Below, piece after piece: positions 18,831-27,674 of a DNA stretch of 64,000 nt. The stretch is from a virus. Each line of letters begins with the position of its first letter. The stretch's first letter is position 1. Under the pieces are notes generated by a model. The model had not been told where the DNA came from. It made no database searches and worked only from the letters and a program-made list of their open reading frames with translations. The translations under genes and the position numbers were made by a program. Location of the stretch: the IMG/VR virus record IMGVR_UViG_3300037311_000355; one strand, written 5' to 3'.

Positions 18831-21203
18831 CTACCTCCGCGGCGGCAGCGCCTGTGGCTGCGTTACGGCGCGGCGTTGCGCCTGGGTTACCGTGGATTGC
18901 GTGACCCCGGATTCCAGGATCTTGCGTTGGTCGGCTATGGATTTCGCGACTTGCAGTACGGCCTCGCCGAAGCTCTGGACGTCGGCTTTGGCTTTGTCGA
19001 TGGCGCCGCCGAGGCCGCCTACGGTTTCCCGGAGGAACGCGAGTTCGCCGCCCGCGGTTTGCGCGCTTTGGATGTCTGCGATGCGGCGCTCGCCGGGAGC
19101 GACCGCCATGGCTTCCGCGGCCTCTCCTGCCGCCATTTGTTCGCCGAATACGTTACCCAGCGCAAAGGACTCCTGAGCCCGGGTTCCCTGTGGCATTTGC
19201 GTGTATTGCGCGAGTTCGGTCTGATAGGTACCCAGGGTGCGCCTGAACGCCGGGTCTCTCATGGCTTCCGTCGGGCTTCGGCCCCTGGCCATCGATCGCA
19301 ATTGGTCCCTGAGTTCGTCGGCGCGGCGCGTGGGCGCGACCGAGGACATCTTCGCAGATACCAGGCTTTGCTGGAGTTCGCCGACGTCTACGCCGGCTTC
19401 TGCGGCCATGGCTTCAATGGCGGCGCCACCGGCTTGGATTTGCTCCACAGACATGCCGACAGCCATGCTTCGGCTCGCGCGGCCGAGTCGGCTTAACACG
19501 GGATCGCTTTGCATCGCTGCGGCTTGAAGCGCGCCTACGCTGCCCCCGCGTTGCGCGGTCACGGCTTGGAAGGCCTGGTAGCCGGTCTGCGCGGCTTGCA
19601 AGCCCTGGGTGCCGCGGTCGCCGACGAAGCCCGCGAACGTGGCGCCGATACGCGTTGCCGCACCCTCGTCCCTGGCGCCCGCGCCTGCGATGGCTTGGGC
19701 GGCGATTTGGGCAAATCTGCGGTTCTCCTCTACGAATTCGCTGCCGTTGAGACCCAAGCGCACGCCTTCGGCTAAGATCTTAACTGTTGCGCTGTCCTGG
19801 GATTGGTCTTGCAAGGTGCCGCCTAACATACCGAGGATCTGCGGGGCGTTGGTTAGGTCGCGGTCTCTGGCCATGCGGTTAGCAAAGGTGGAGGAATTAA
19901 TCGCTGCCCTCGTGCCACCGCCGGCTTGCATGACTTGCATGGCCGCGCGTTCGGTTTGGTCAATGGTGAATCCCTGGCTGGCCCCGCGTTGCAGGAGACC
20001 CGTGCCGCCTCGGAGGTCGGCGTCGCTGAGACCGAGCGCGCGTTGCAGCTGTAGGTCGCGCTGCGCGTTGCCCGACAGACGGTCGATGTATTCCTTTTTC
20101 ATCGGGTCCCTGCGCTGGAGGTCCTCGAAAAAGTTTTGACCGAATCCCGCTTGTTCGGCGGCCATCTGGGCTTCGAAGGCCTCGGAATACCTGCCGCCTA
20201 AAAGCCGGGTCATGTTTGCGCTGCCCGACATGCCGTAAGCCGCAGTTGCTGCACCGCCTATGCCGCCAATGATCGCTCCTGGAATCGCTCCGATTCCAAA
20301 GAATCCCGCACCAAGGGCTGCGCCGCCGGCGGCACCTGTGACACCAGCGCCTAAGATTCCAGCGACGCCGCCGGCGGCGCGCATGTTTGCCGCCCGCCTA
20401 CGCGCGGCCTGGGTGTCTTGGGCTTGTTGGGCTGCTCTGGCGCGTTCGGGGGCGAAAAGGCTTTCCTGTAGGCCCTGGCCGCGGATAAACGCGAGTCCGG
20501 GCTGTGCGGCTGCTGTGGCAGCCGTGCCTTCGGCCTGTGCGATTTGGCCCGGCATCTCCGCGTATTGGCCGTATAACATGCCGCCGATGCCGAGAGCGCC
20601 GCCGACGCCGCCTAAGAGCCCAGAGGCCGCGCCTGCCATCAGTCCCGGTTGCCTGATTAAGGCCCGAGCGGCGCCGCCCAAGCCTCCCATTTGATACCCT
20701 CTCGCCACGCGTTGCCAACCCTGTGGCTGGGCGTTGATAAGCTGTTGGCGTTGATCCAGGGCTTGGTTGGTGGCGGAACTCGTGGCTGCGATTTGCGCGC
20801 GGGTCTGCGACGCCGATTGCGACAGTCTGTTGATTTTTTCTTTGATTTCAACGTCTTCGCGACCAAGTTTAATCATGGCCTCCTGCTCTTTTCGCAGTGC
20901 CCGCATTTGCGCGACCTGGGTCGTCAGTTCTTTGTTAAGCTTTTCTTGTTCGCGGCTCTGTTGGCGGATAAACTTTTCCAGCTCCTGGCGGTGTCTGCGC
21001 TCGTCGGCGTCGACCTTGGCCTTCTCCTGGGGCGTGACGGCGGAACCCAGGCCGGCTTGGGACACGCGTTGCCGGGTTTCCATGAGGGCGCGCTGGCTAT
21101 CGGAGCCCGAGTAGATCTCGCGGAGCTTGCGCTGCATCTGTTCGACGCTTCTGTCGAATTCCGCGGTATCGATTTTACTGGAAAACCTGAGTTCTTTTTT
21201 CAT
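18831..21203 (-). CDS. tail tape measure protein
   Basis: 790 aa, Ala/Gly/Gln-rich, helical, with a hydrophobic Gly-rich segment; upstream of hub and spike. Confidence 0.75.
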   Translation of the reverse strand: MKKELRFSSKIDTAEFDRSVEQMQRKLREIYSGSDSQRALMETRQRVSQAGLGSAVTPQEKAKVDADERRHRQELEKFIRQQSREQEKLNKELTTQVAQMRALRKEQEAMIKLGREDVEIKEKINRLSQSASQTRAQIAATSSATNQALDQRQQLINAQPQGWQRVARGYQMGGLGGAARALIRQPGLMAGAASGLLGGVGGALGIGGMLYGQYAEMPGQIAQAEGTAATAAAQPGLAFIRGQGLQESLFAPERARAAQQAQDTQAARRRAANMRAAGGVAGILGAGVTGAAGGAALGAGFFGIGAIPGAIIGGIGGAATAAYGMSGSANMTRLLGGRYSEAFEAQMAAEQAGFGQNFFEDLQRRDPMKKEYIDRLSGNAQRDLQLQRALGLSDADLRGGTGLLQRGASQGFTIDQTERAAMQVMQAGGGTRAAINSSTFANRMARDRDLTNAPQILGMLGGTLQDQSQDSATVKILAEGVRLGLNGSEFVEENRRFAQIAAQAIAGAGARDEGAATRIGATFAGFVGDRGTQGLQAAQTGYQAFQAVTAQRGGSVGALQAAAMQSDPVLSRLGRASRSMAVGMSVEQIQAGGAAIEAMAAEAGVDVGELQQSLVSAKMSSVAPTRRADELRDQLRSMARGRSPTEAMRDPAFRRTLGTYQTELAQYTQMPQGTRAQESFALGNVFGEQMAAGEAAEAMAVAPGERRIADIQSAQTAGGELAFLRETVGGLGGAIDKAKADVQSFGEAVLQVAKSIADQRKILESGVTQSTVTQAQRRAVTQPQALPPRR

Positions 21204-21265
21204 CTAAGCCCTTAAAATTACTAGCTTTTGTTGGCACAGCAAACAAAGGCAGGGATTACAGTGTT

Positions 21266-21273
21266 AAAGATTG
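21266..21273 (-). promoter_or_regulatory. putative late-promoter motif CAATCTTT
   Basis: 62 nt upstream of the tape-measure ATG, at the strand switch. Confidence 0.45.
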
Positions 21274-21305
21274 CTGCCAAAATAATACTTGTTGTCGCCG
21301 CCCAT

Positions 21306-21612
21306 ATGGACTACTATCATCGTAATGACTCAGTTTATGCTGCCATTGAAACGCGGAATGCATCGGTCTTTGTATCCCGTGAACAACCTATGTGGCTTGG
21401 CGTTGCAATTGCTTATTTTGAGCCCTTTTTGTACAGAAAAACCAGAAAACAAGGGCTTGCCCGGCTTACTCAGCGCAGCCCGTGCTTTGCAGGAAATCCA
21501 AAAGTTGCTAGGCGCAAAACATATCTGGGATCCCGACCTCAGTAGGGACCTCAGAGACGCCATGGTGGCTTTGGTTTGCGAGCAAAACGCCGACGGTCTC
21601 GGGGCGCGCTGA
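21306..21612 (+). pseudogene. possible frameshifted small gene (MDYYHRNDSV... continuing as ...ALQEIQKLLGAKHIWDPDL...)
   Basis: The N-terminal part looks protein-like in one frame and the C-terminal part in another, with A/T runs near 21425-21450. Confidence 0.3.
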
Positions 21613-21613
21613 C

Positions 21614-21871
21614 ATGGGGACGCTTACGGAATTCAAAAGCATGGTCGACTTAATGTCTGAAAAACTCAGTGTCGGCGGCTGTCGTACTAATAAATTAAGG
21701 ATTAAGACGAGCTTGTCTAGCCCAGAAGACAGGCGGATTACGTACATCGTGCGATGTTGTTGCTCAAAAAAGCGGCCGTGCGGGCTAAAAAACCTTGTTC
21801 TGGCTGTAAAAGAACCAAACTGGCCTGCCTACACATATTCGGCGATTGCTAAAAACCTTTATTTATTATGA
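21614..21871 (+). CDS. small Cys-rich hypothetical protein (paralog of 22179..22436)
   Basis: LMSEKLSVGGC vs MLTENLVVGGC; ATGA overlap with the next gene. Confidence 0.6.
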   Translation: MGTLTEFKSMVDLMSEKLSVGGCRTNKLRIKTSLSSPEDRRITYIVRCCCSKKRPCGLKNLVLAVKEPNWPAYTYSAIAKNLYLL

Positions 21872-22131
21872 AAGAATGGAAAACAAATCCGTTTTGTTTC
21901 GGACTCAGGGACGAAATCGAGCTTAAGCTGCGCAAAGCCAAAGTAAATCTTGTCATTGCCGTGCCGGTTGCACGAAACACGTACACGCTATTGGTTTTTG
22001 GGAACAAAAAAAATCCAAAGAACGATTACAGGAGTTTTGACACCTTGTATTTAAGCGACGACAAGATCTGTGCGCTGGCATCCCTCGGTATTCGTTACGA
22101 ATACCTTGACAATTGTTTGAAATCGGTGTAA
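21868..22131 (+). CDS. hypothetical protein (paralog of 22433..22696)
   Basis: DDKICALASLGIRYEYLDNCL vs GDKIWSLRSHTMRYQYLDACL. Confidence 0.65.
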   Translation: MKEWKTNPFCFGLRDEIELKLRKAKVNLVIAVPVARNTYTLLVFGNKKNPKNDYRSFDTLYLSDDKICALASLGIRYEYLDNCLKSV

Positions 22132-22178
22132 AAAGACATAAGAGATCTGAGGCATTTTTGAAAACAGCTTGGGTGGCG

Positions 22179-22436
22179 ATGAAAACAGTAACTAATCCCT
22201 TTAGTATAACAAGCATGCTGACTGAAAACCTTGTGGTGGGAGGGTGTATTTTTGATAGCGTTGGCTTGCGAGTAGACAAAGAAACCAATACGGGCACCAT
22301 CGGCTGTGAGTGCCGGCGCTCAAACTTGGGCGGGCGCGGGTGCAGGCTTACGCATGTAAGCATTGATTTAACACCTAAACAGGTCAACATTAGTCACGCG
22401 CAGTGGAAAATAAAATATAGCCGGGCGGAACCATGA
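22179..22436 (+). CDS. small Cys-containing hypothetical protein
   Basis: Start revised to the ATG at 22179; ATGA overlap with the next gene; paralogy with 21614. Confidence 0.55.
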   Translation: MKTVTNPFSITSMLTENLVVGGCIFDSVGLRVDKETNTGTIGCECRRSNLGGRGCRLTHVSIDLTPKQVNISHAQWKIKYSRAEP

Positions 22437-22696
22437 CAGCAAAACCCGTCGAGCGCGAATTCGAAGACCTTCGCCGCGTGCTGGGCACCCGACTGGACGC
22501 CGGGGCCATTGGTGCCGTCATATCTGTGAGGATTGCCAAACAAACGAACGTGTTGTTGTTTTTTAACAAAGCCGGCGATACAAACATGTTGGATCTGCCC
22601 TATTTGCAGGTCGGCGGCGACAAAATATGGTCTCTGAGGTCGCATACGATGCGATACCAGTACTTAGACGCCTGTCTTGTGGCCGATGATAGATAG
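22433..22696 (+). CDS. hypothetical protein
   Basis: Paralogy with 21868; overlap junction. Confidence 0.65.
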   Translation: MTAKPVEREFEDLRRVLGTRLDAGAIGAVISVRIAKQTNVLLFFNKAGDTNMLDLPYLQVGGDKIWSLRSHTMRYQYLDACLVADDR

Positions 22697-22707
22697 GATG
22701 TGTGGTT

Positions 22708-22878
22708 ATGCGGTCTTCGACGGTGACACCTAAGACTTATAGCTTATCTGAGTTCATTGGACTGAGGTTGTGGCAAAACAGGTCGTTTGATCAATCTTTG
22801 TTTCTAAAACCCAATAAGCGCCTCCCTCTGTATGTTTTTGTTCTTAAAAATCGAAGCATAATTAGGCTTTTGCTATAG
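22708..22878 (+). CDS. small hypothetical protein, 56 aa
   Basis: Manual translation; AGGA SD upstream. Confidence 0.35.
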   Translation: MRSSTVTPKTYSLSEFIGLRLWQNRSFDQSLFLKPNKRLPLYVFVLKNRSIIRLLL

Positions 22879-22888
22879 CGGTGCAAAT

Positions 22889-23125
22889 TTGACAAAAAAG
22901 TACAACGAATTCACATACGAGGTAAAATTTTGGAGACAGCCGTATACAATCTTTGGTTTATGGCAGGTGTTCCGCCACTCTGATTTTTTTCAGAGACACG
23001 CAGTAACCGATCAGTATTCCTGGCATCGCCTTAGAACCCCCGATTTCGACTTCGTGGCCGATGGGTGGTTGCGGGCCAGGAAAGCGTACTCAAGCGCGTC
23101 TATGGGGGGGGGTAAAGATGACTGA
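22889..23125 (+). CDS. hypothetical protein
   Basis: ORF track; aromatic-rich; contains a G9 run at 23104-23112 near its 3' end. Confidence 0.45.
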   Translation: MTKKYNEFTYEVKFWRQPYTIFGLWQVFRHSDFFQRHAVTDQYSWHRLRTPDFDFVADGWLRARKAYSSASMGGGKDD

Positions 23126-23327
23126 ACCGGACAATAGATACCGCAAATTAACGTATACGGTTCCGTCCCATCTGTCCGAGGGGGCGGAAATAAGACAGTT
23201 CAATAGTTTTTGAACTGGGTACACGAGTCTTTTATAGGTGTTAAAAAACTGCCTCGGGAAATCAGGGGTCCCAAACCTTGGGTTTTTGTTGTAAAAATGC
23301 ACAGAGTGTGCCATAGAGATCTATGTC

Positions 23328-23606
23328 ATGAAGCAATTTACGGAGGGCACGGGTATAAAATACGAAAATTTTGAATCAACGACTGCACGGTCTTCCTTGC
23401 GCTCGTTTTCTATGCCGGGCGCGAGCATCTGGGTTTTGTTTTTATGCTCGGGTTTTGCCGGAAACTGTGAAAATTTGTTTAAGAAACAAAAGTTAGTACG
23501 CCTGATGCGGGCTAAGCCAAAGTGGCTTCGGGGTTGCGAAACATGCGATTTGGTTAGCCACTACGCGGAAAACGTAACCTATTATATGCCGGGTGGCGTA
23601 TTATGA
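23328..23606 (+). CDS. hypothetical protein
   Basis: ORF track; ATGA overlap with the next gene. Confidence 0.45.
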   Translation: MKQFTEGTGIKYENFESTTARSSLRSFSMPGASIWVLFLCSGFAGNCENLFKKQKLVRLMRAKPKWLRGCETCDLVSHYAENVTYYMPGGVL

Positions 23607-23890
23607 ACAAAAAACAGACCCTGGGTATGGCCGCGCAAGCAAAAAAACCACCGACGCCGTTTTCCTATCACCGGTGCGAACACCGGGGCCTGGACTGCTC
23701 GGGGCCTTGTTTGCTTGGTATTGGCAGGATGAACCATGTCGGCATTTTGATTGCGGAAACCGTAGTAGATCGAACGTACTCCTGGAAATGGGAGCGCTAC
23801 ACAAAACTCGACAACGTCTTGCTTTTTGCCGTGCAGGCCATGGCGGACTTTTGTGATCAAAACACCTCCGACTCCGCTTTGCATCGGTGA
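23603..23890 (+). CDS. hypothetical protein (KKPPTPF motif)
   Basis: ORF track; overlap junction. Confidence 0.5.
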   Translation: MNKKQTLGMAAQAKKPPTPFSYHRCEHRGLDCSGPCLLGIGRMNHVGILIAETVVDRTYSWKWERYTKLDNVLLFAVQAMADFCDQNTSDSALHR

Positions 23891-24141
23891 TCGTTTTTGC
23901 CATAGCCCGTTTTGGGAACTCGATGTCCGTTGCTTGATGCGGTATTGGTGGCCAAAAGAAATCAAGCCCTTTTTGCACCACCACAGGACGACCAATAACG
24001 AAAGCGCTTACGGAAACCCGGTAAAACAAGGGCTAAAAGAGCTATGCGAAAACATGCCATAGGCTTGGCGTTGAGCGCTGATTTGGGTTCTGGTATTATA
24101 AGCCAGACCAAAGATTGGAAGCAAGACAGGGCGGGCGGTCC

Positions 24142-24387
24142 ATGAAAGCCGGGAAAACATTGAGCGAGTTTTATTACCACGGCTGCTCGCGACTGGGGCG
24201 GTATTGCATGCCGCCGTGTATGTTTTCCGTTTATAAAATAAAAGATATCATAGACTTAGTCGCAGATAAACATAGGCGAAATCCGCCAGCCGTTTACCGA
24301 CAAAAACACATCCCATTAGCCCATGCGCTTTTTTGGGCCACAGATAGGGTGTTAGATATCGCGTGGCGCGAGGACACCGGCCCTTAA
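24142..24387 (+). CDS. hypothetical protein
   Basis: Start revised to the ATG at 24142. Confidence 0.45.
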   Translation: MKAGKTLSEFYYHGCSRLGRYCMPPCMFSVYKIKDIIDLVADKHRRNPPAVYRQKHIPLAHALFWATDRVLDIAWREDTGP

Positions 24388-24463
24388 ACCATGGCTTGAC
24401 ACCAGAGAAGGCCGTGTTAGGCTATAGGTCAGGCCCGGGTGCCCGGGAGTCTAGGAGTGCAAA

Positions 24464-24655
24464 GTGTTTGCGAAAAAAGCGCCGACGCCCTTTATTTTTG
24501 GGTCCATCTACACGAACAATCCCTTTGTCAGTCTGTACTACTTGGGAAGAAACGGCGGGGCCACGGAGGCCGCGAGAAAATACAGCGACCACGCCAGGTA
24601 TTTTATTTCCGCAGCGGTCGCGGGACCGCATAGCTTCGCGGGGGCCATGCAATGA
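24464..24655 (+). CDS. hypothetical protein (KKAPTPF motif)
   Basis: AGGAG SD before the GTG; ATGA overlap with the next ORF. Confidence 0.5.
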   Translation: MFAKKAPTPFIFGSIYTNNPFVSLYYLGRNGGATEAARKYSDHARYFISAAVAGPHSFAGAMQ

Positions 24656-24855
24656 CGGCAGGCCTCTTATTTAGGCTTGACAGCAACCTAGGGTGTGTTA
24701 AAACAAAAAAGAGCCACGATCTTAGGCTCAGCGAGGAGCGCCCAATGTTAGTCAAGCAGACGCCGACGTTGTTTTCTTACCGCACTAAATACAGATTCCC
24801 AGATACGCTCTCCGGCATCTACTGGATCCGCATCACAAACTCGGCGATATTTTAA
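24652..24855 (+). CDS. hypothetical protein (KQTPTLF motif); true start may be the ATG near 24745
   Basis: GAGGAG SD precedes the internal ATG. Confidence 0.4.
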   Translation: MTAGLLFRLDSNLGCVKTKKSHDLRLSEERPMLVKQTPTLFSYRTKYRFPDTLSGIYWIRITNSAIF

Positions 24856-24998
24856 CTACGTTGAAAATGGATTTCGCGCACTTGCAATTACCCCCTTGCT
24901 GTATACGCCTCGAAAAAAACCCAATTAAATGTGTTTTACAATGACAATATGTTGGATGCGCTATGTCCAGAAAAGTAAGGACATTATAGGAGCCTGCG

Positions 24999-25232
24999 AT
25001 GAGCAGTGCAAGTAATAGCCCTCAAGCATCGGAATTCGTAAGCGTTTCCGCGATGAGTAGGCCCATACAGTGTTTGGTTGCTTTGTTTAAAAGAGGCGCG
25101 ACAAACCAAGACTTGTTGTCCTTCAAACACAAGGAGTGGTTTTACGAATTCGTGCCCGAGCTGTCGCAAAAGGTTACGGCTGTGACTTTTTTTCAGATGA
25201 AATTCCACCACAACAAGATATTTGAACCCTGA
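24999..25232 (+). CDS. hypothetical protein
   Basis: AGGAG SD. Confidence 0.55.
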   Translation: MSSASNSPQASEFVSVSAMSRPIQCLVALFKRGATNQDLLSFKHKEWFYEFVPELSQKVTAVTFFQMKFHHNKIFEP

Positions 25233-25716
25233 GGCACACGTGAAACCCGAGACATCTACGCAGACGCGCACATTTACGCCCGGTGATAACTTGGATCAAG
25301 TCTTCAACCGACTGATATTTAAGCAGTTTTTTACCGCCGCGCTGCTCATGGATGGCGGTTTTCTGTCTTCTGTCGTCGCTTTCGTGGGTTCGCGACCCCA
25401 TGCACTGTCGGGCCGCGCGCGAGAGATTTTTTATCTTTCGCCGATACCTGGATTGCGCGGAGCTGGAAGGGGGCGTGCGATGACAGCTGTTACCGAGTTT
25501 TTATTGCCGGAGTCCATGCGATCCTCTTACGACTTCGGCGACGACATGTGCGCATTCGCCGAAGCGCTTTTCGAGCGCTGGGTTGTTAAAAACCAGCTTG
25601 GTTTTGCCCAGTATCAGGTGTTAACCCAGATGCGTGTAAACGAAATCCATTACCTGCTACGCGGATCCAACATAAAGGGTGCTTACTTGTGTGCCGCGTA
25701 TAAGGGGGAAATCTGA
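25222..25716 (+). CDS. hypothetical protein, possibly a fusion of two small genes (second starts MTAVTEFLLP near 25480)
   Basis: Internal ATG in ATGA context, preceded by GGAAGGGGG. Confidence 0.45.
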   Translation: MNPEAHVKPETSTQTRTFTPGDNLDQVFNRLIFKQFFTAALLMDGGFLSSVVAFVGSRPHALSGRAREIFYLSPIPGLRGAGRGRAMTAVTEFLLPESMRSSYDFGDDMCAFAEALFERWVVKNQLGFAQYQVLTQMRVNEIHYLLRGSNIKGAYLCAAYKGEI

Positions 25717-25717
25717 G

Positions 25718-25978
25718 ATGGGCGCTAAAAAAGATGAGCGATCTTTGGCTTTTGGCTTCCAAAGACTCAAAAATATCATAGAAAAAAATCTGTCAGACGG
25801 CAGTGTTTGGATTTCTACCGGTGCTGAAAAAACAAATTTTTATTTTGTAACAAAACACAAAAGCTCCTCGGGCTCTTTTTGGCGCAGTTACTCGAAACCA
25901 TTTGAATTAAAGCAGCGGTTGCCGCGCTTTGTTTTTCCCACGTTTTGGCGCCGGTGTCGCAGGCTTTTAGGTGTCTGA
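25718..25978 (+). CDS. hypothetical protein
   Basis: AAGGGGG SD; start revised to 25718. Confidence 0.5.
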   Translation: MGAKKDERSLAFGFQRLKNIIEKNLSDGSVWISTGAEKTNFYFVTKHKSSSGSFWRSYSKPFELKQRLPRFVFPTFWRRCRRLLGV

Positions 25979-26076
25979 GATCTTAGTGTTGCCAACGCTC
26001 TGTAATTGTTGGCAAATACAAATGTTGACTTATAGTCTCAGGTATGAGATCTTATAATCATAGGAAGCGAGGCCCT

Positions 26077-26391
26077 ATGAAGACGTTTTATCTCTATCGC
26101 AGAGAAGACCTGCACGGACACAGTGGTCTTGGCGTCGTCGCCGAGGGTGTGATTTTCGACAACGGCATGGCCTGCATGACCTGGCTTTCCGAGTGGGCGA
26201 CGATGACCATGTTTCCAAACATTCAGACCGTGGCTAGGTTGCACAGCCACGAGGGGCGGACGCTTGTCGTCGTCGAGGGGCGCAAAAAAGACGCCAAGCT
26301 GTTCCTACAATGCCGGGAAGCCGCGCGGACCAAGGCTTCGGTGGCGAAGGCCAAAAAAGAACACGGTAACATTGTTGATAAAAAGAACTAG
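26077..26391 (+). CDS. conserved phage hypothetical protein (F.L.R.ED..G.SG.G.VAEGV.F..G family)
   Basis: Motif recognised by eye; GAGG SD. Confidence 0.7.
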   Translation: MKTFYLYRREDLHGHSGLGVVAEGVIFDNGMACMTWLSEWATMTMFPNIQTVARLHSHEGRTLVVVEGRKKDAKLFLQCREAARTKASVAKAKKEHGNIVDKKN

Positions 26392-26394
26392 GTT

Positions 26395-26691
26395 TTGCAG
26401 CTCTATTGCGGCGTTGACTGCGGTGAGTTTTTCAGATACAGTGTTGGTATGGGTTTAACTGATTTCAAAGGCGACTTTGCTGGCATTGAGTTGGCGGTTT
26501 GGCGCCTTTCCGGAGTCATGAGGGCTCATTTTTCCGACCTAAGGTGGCGACACCTACGGGTCGCCAGATTCAAATACGAGCAACAATTACAATCCGCGCA
26601 CAGGTTTTCTATGATAGATTTTAGCGACCAGTTAGGCCGCAGATATGGATACAGTTTTTGTGCCGCCTGGGGTTGTGAGGACCTTAAATGA
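26395..26691 (+). CDS. hypothetical protein
   Basis: ORF track; ATGA overlap with the next gene. Confidence 0.45.
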   Translation: MQLYCGVDCGEFFRYSVGMGLTDFKGDFAGIELAVWRLSGVMRAHFSDLRWRHLRVARFKYEQQLQSAHRFSMIDFSDQLGRRYGYSFCAAWGCEDLK

Positions 26692-26936
26692 AGGCCGTTA
26701 GCAAATTCGAGTCTCCTTATTTGCCACAAATGTTTTTTGCGCCCCGCGATGGTTGTGTGGACCAGGGCTATATCGATGACCAAATTTGCGCGTTTTTAGA
26801 ATTTTGGGAATGGCAGAAACAGCTGCGCATACGCGATTTAGTTGTTTTTTCCGGTCTTAGGACTGGTTATGCTTTGTCTGTTCTGCGAAAAGCGTCGATT
26901 AGTGGCGGCCTAAAAAGGGCGGTCACAAATGACTGA
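26688..26936 (+). CDS. hypothetical protein (possible paralog of 26929)
   Basis: IDDQICAFLEFW vs LDSQVLSFLDYF. Confidence 0.55.
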   Translation: MKAVSKFESPYLPQMFFAPRDGCVDQGYIDDQICAFLEFWEWQKQLRIRDLVVFSGLRTGYALSVLRKASISGGLKRAVTND

Positions 26937-27168
26937 GTTCCAACCGCCGAGTAAAAATCAAGACCTAAGGCTTGTCGCCGGCGACCGCTATGCTAGGCTG
27001 GACTCCCAGGTATTGTCTTTTTTAGACTATTTTTTTCAACAAAATAGAAACACGCTTCGATCCTCGGGGTTGTTAGGGGTTTTTCCCGAAAACTCGGAAT
27101 TCGAGCTGTTAGTGCTTTTGTCCGTGGATTGTCGGCGCCGGTATGCCGAAGGGTGCGGTAACACATAG
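26929..27168 (+). CDS. hypothetical protein
   Basis: Overlap junction; similarity to 26688. Confidence 0.55.
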   Translation: MTEFQPPSKNQDLRLVAGDRYARLDSQVLSFLDYFFQQNRNTLRSSGLLGVFPENSEFELLVLLSVDCRRRYAEGCGNT

Positions 27169-27407
27169 GAGGTTAGGTGAAAGAGTTTTTACCGCCCCTG
27201 CATTGGGCTAGTGTGTCATACGAATTTCGCATAAACGAGTTTTTTTGGGCAGAATCTACGATTGGGCCAACAACAGCCCGACAATAGGCCCGGTTTTAGC
27301 ACATCTCAGGGTTTTTTATAAAGAAATAAGTTGTGGAAATTGCAGGTGCGCCGGTACGCGCTTAACTCCTGTGTTTTCATAAGCAGTTACTTAGAAGGGG
27401 GTCTGAA

Positions 27408-27674
27408 ATGAAAAACGGCAAGTTTTCGGGAAAACCCATAACGGTTTTTAAAAACGCCGTGCCTTCGCTGCTTACGCGCATAAAACTAACGAGAACCACG
27501 TTGCGCTCTAATTTGTCGGCGATTATTCGGCTAAAAACAAGCAGAGAGTGTTTGGAATTAATTGAAAACAAAAAAGACGTGAGTCCAATAGATTTGTTAT
27601 TTGAAACACGATCTGCTTGGGTTTGGGGTGTTAGAGAGGCCTACAAAAGCGTTTATTGCGAGGATCAGGCGTGA
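27408..27674 (+). CDS. hypothetical protein
   Basis: AAGGGGG SD; GTGA overlap with heptad gene A. Confidence 0.55.
   Translation: MKNGKFSGKPITVFKNAVPSLLTRIKLTRTTLRSNLSAIIRLKTSRECLELIENKKDVSPIDLLFETRSAWVWGVREAYKSVYCEDQA

Noticed and set aside
22792-22799. CAATCTTT motif copy
   Set aside because: Lies inside a small ORF about 90 nt from the next start in an early-type region; probably chance, and kept as a caveat for the motif.
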